A stretch of 64,000 nucleotides of DNA from the human T2T-CHM13v2.0 reference genome, Homo sapiens. A program made the position numbers and the translations under genes. The notes under the pieces were generated by a model. The model worked only from the letters and a program-made list of their open reading frames with translations, made no database searches and was not told the DNA's origin. This document shows positions 62,588 to 64,000 of the stretch, one piece after another (the stretch's first letter is position 1; each line of letters opens with the position of its first letter). Location: NCBI RefSeq assembly GCF_009914755.1, contig NC_060947.1; one strand, given 5' to 3'.

Positions 62588-63401
62588 TGTGAAAAAAAAA
62601 TCACTTAAAGTGCTTTTTTCTATTTTCTCACTCCACAACAACCATCAGCACAGAAGACTTCTGTGACCAAATGTGTGGGGGAGTTTTCCCCACCAACAAG
62701 CAAGCAATCAGTTTTATAGTAAACACCTGCTGTGTGTCCTCTAATTTAATTTTGGTAGTGTCAAAATTAAATTAGGTTACCTGGAGATAGCATCAGATCC
62801 CACAGGTTGGGGGCTCAGTTCCCAAGACTGGCCCCCTCCTTCAGACACCATCTGTCGGAAGTCTGGGGCTCCAGAGCTTCTGACTGATGGCCTTCAACTT
62901 GGAGTTCCTACGACCCTCTTTTTGAATGTGATTAATTTGCTAGAATGGCTCACAGAACTCAGGGAAGCACTTACATTTACCAGCTTATTATAAAGAATAT
63001 TGCAAATAATACAGACAAATAGATGTATGGGGCAAGGTACAGGGAAGGGATGTGGGGCTTCTATGCCCTCTCCAGATGTGCCACCCTCCAGGAACTTTCA
63101 TGTGTTCATCCATCCAGAAGCTCTCTGAACTCTGTCCTTTGACTTTTTATGTAGGCTTTTTATGTATGCATGACTGATTAATCCATTGGACATTGGTGAC
63201 TGACTTACCCTTCAGCCCCTTGAAAGTGCCAGCGCTTTAATACTGCCTTGCTCTTTCCAGTGACCGTCTCCCATCCCGAAGCTACCTAGGGGCTGCCAGC
63301 CTAGCACACAAAAAGACTTCACTTTGGAGTTTATAAAAATTTTAGGAGCTGTATGCCAGAAAACAGGGTTGAAGATCTAATATATGTTTTGCAATATCAC
63401 A
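62588..63401 (-). mobile_element. MER21-like LTR
   Basis: cacagaagacttctgtgaccaaatgtgtggg, agcatcagatcccacagg; ends atatcaca. Confidence 0.85.
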
Positions 63402-64000
63402 GATGTTTATTTAACTTCCATTTTTGTATCTTTCAAAAAATGGAAGTTAAATAAACACACAATTCTAGGCCTACAGCTATTATACTTTAGCACTCTGGGT
63501 ATATAACATTACTTTCTTCAAGCTACGTTATTTCTGTTTAAAAATTATATATCGATCCAGTCTTATTTTTGCTCATTTGAAGATAACCCATTGTTTTTAT
63601 TTTACTTTGAATATTTGCTTTTTTCTTTGGATTTCAACAGCTTTACTATGATGGACCTGGGTTTGGTTTTCCTCATGCCCCGCTGGACTTGAAATATACA
63701 TTGCTTCTTGCATCTGTGACTTGGTATCTTTTGTTACTTTTTGAAACTGCTCAAAAATTCTACCGTGAAATACTGCTTTTGCACTACTTTCTTTTCTTTC
63801 TTCTAGAACTCCAATTAAACATGCTTGGTGTATTTACTGTATCTCCTTTAATTTTGCCCCGTGTCTTTTTGTATTCTTCATCATTTTGTGTCTTCATACT
63901 TCATTCTGGATATTTTCTTCAGATCCTTCTTTCCAAACCTCCTTGTTGTTCAAGGAGATGTAAAAGAACTAATATGCATTAGACTGTGATAAGGCAAGAA

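Overview
Primate (human-like) genomic DNA, AT-rich and dominated by interspersed repeats; nearly all ORFs in the supplied track are repeat-derived or spurious. The only intact gene is a 3-exon thymosin beta-15 gene on the minus strand (45 aa, [45 protein letters not shown]; missed by the ORF track because its exons are short) with a CpG-island promoter at ~24.7-25.4 kb. The window also holds a TSD-flanked processed FOXN3 pseudogene (~54.0-57.0 kb, minus) and a four-exon remnant of an NXF-family mRNA export factor (~58.0-58.7 kb, plus). From memory, not a search, this combination fits the Xq22.1 TMSB15A / FOXN3 pseudogene / NXF4 neighbourhood. The left 13 kb is an old class III endogenous retrovirus inserted in an L1. 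It has a tRNA-Ser-like PBS and gag, integrase and env remnants, is split by a non-viral block, and has its 3' end inverted. I found no convincing new biological system. The best leads are a candidate mutually exclusive exon in TMSB15, CpG retention and a forkhead-only ORF in the FOXN3 retrocopy, the stop-free NXF exon remnant, and the rearranged provirus. Repeat subfamily names are recalled from consensus sequences and boundaries of old repeats are approximate.
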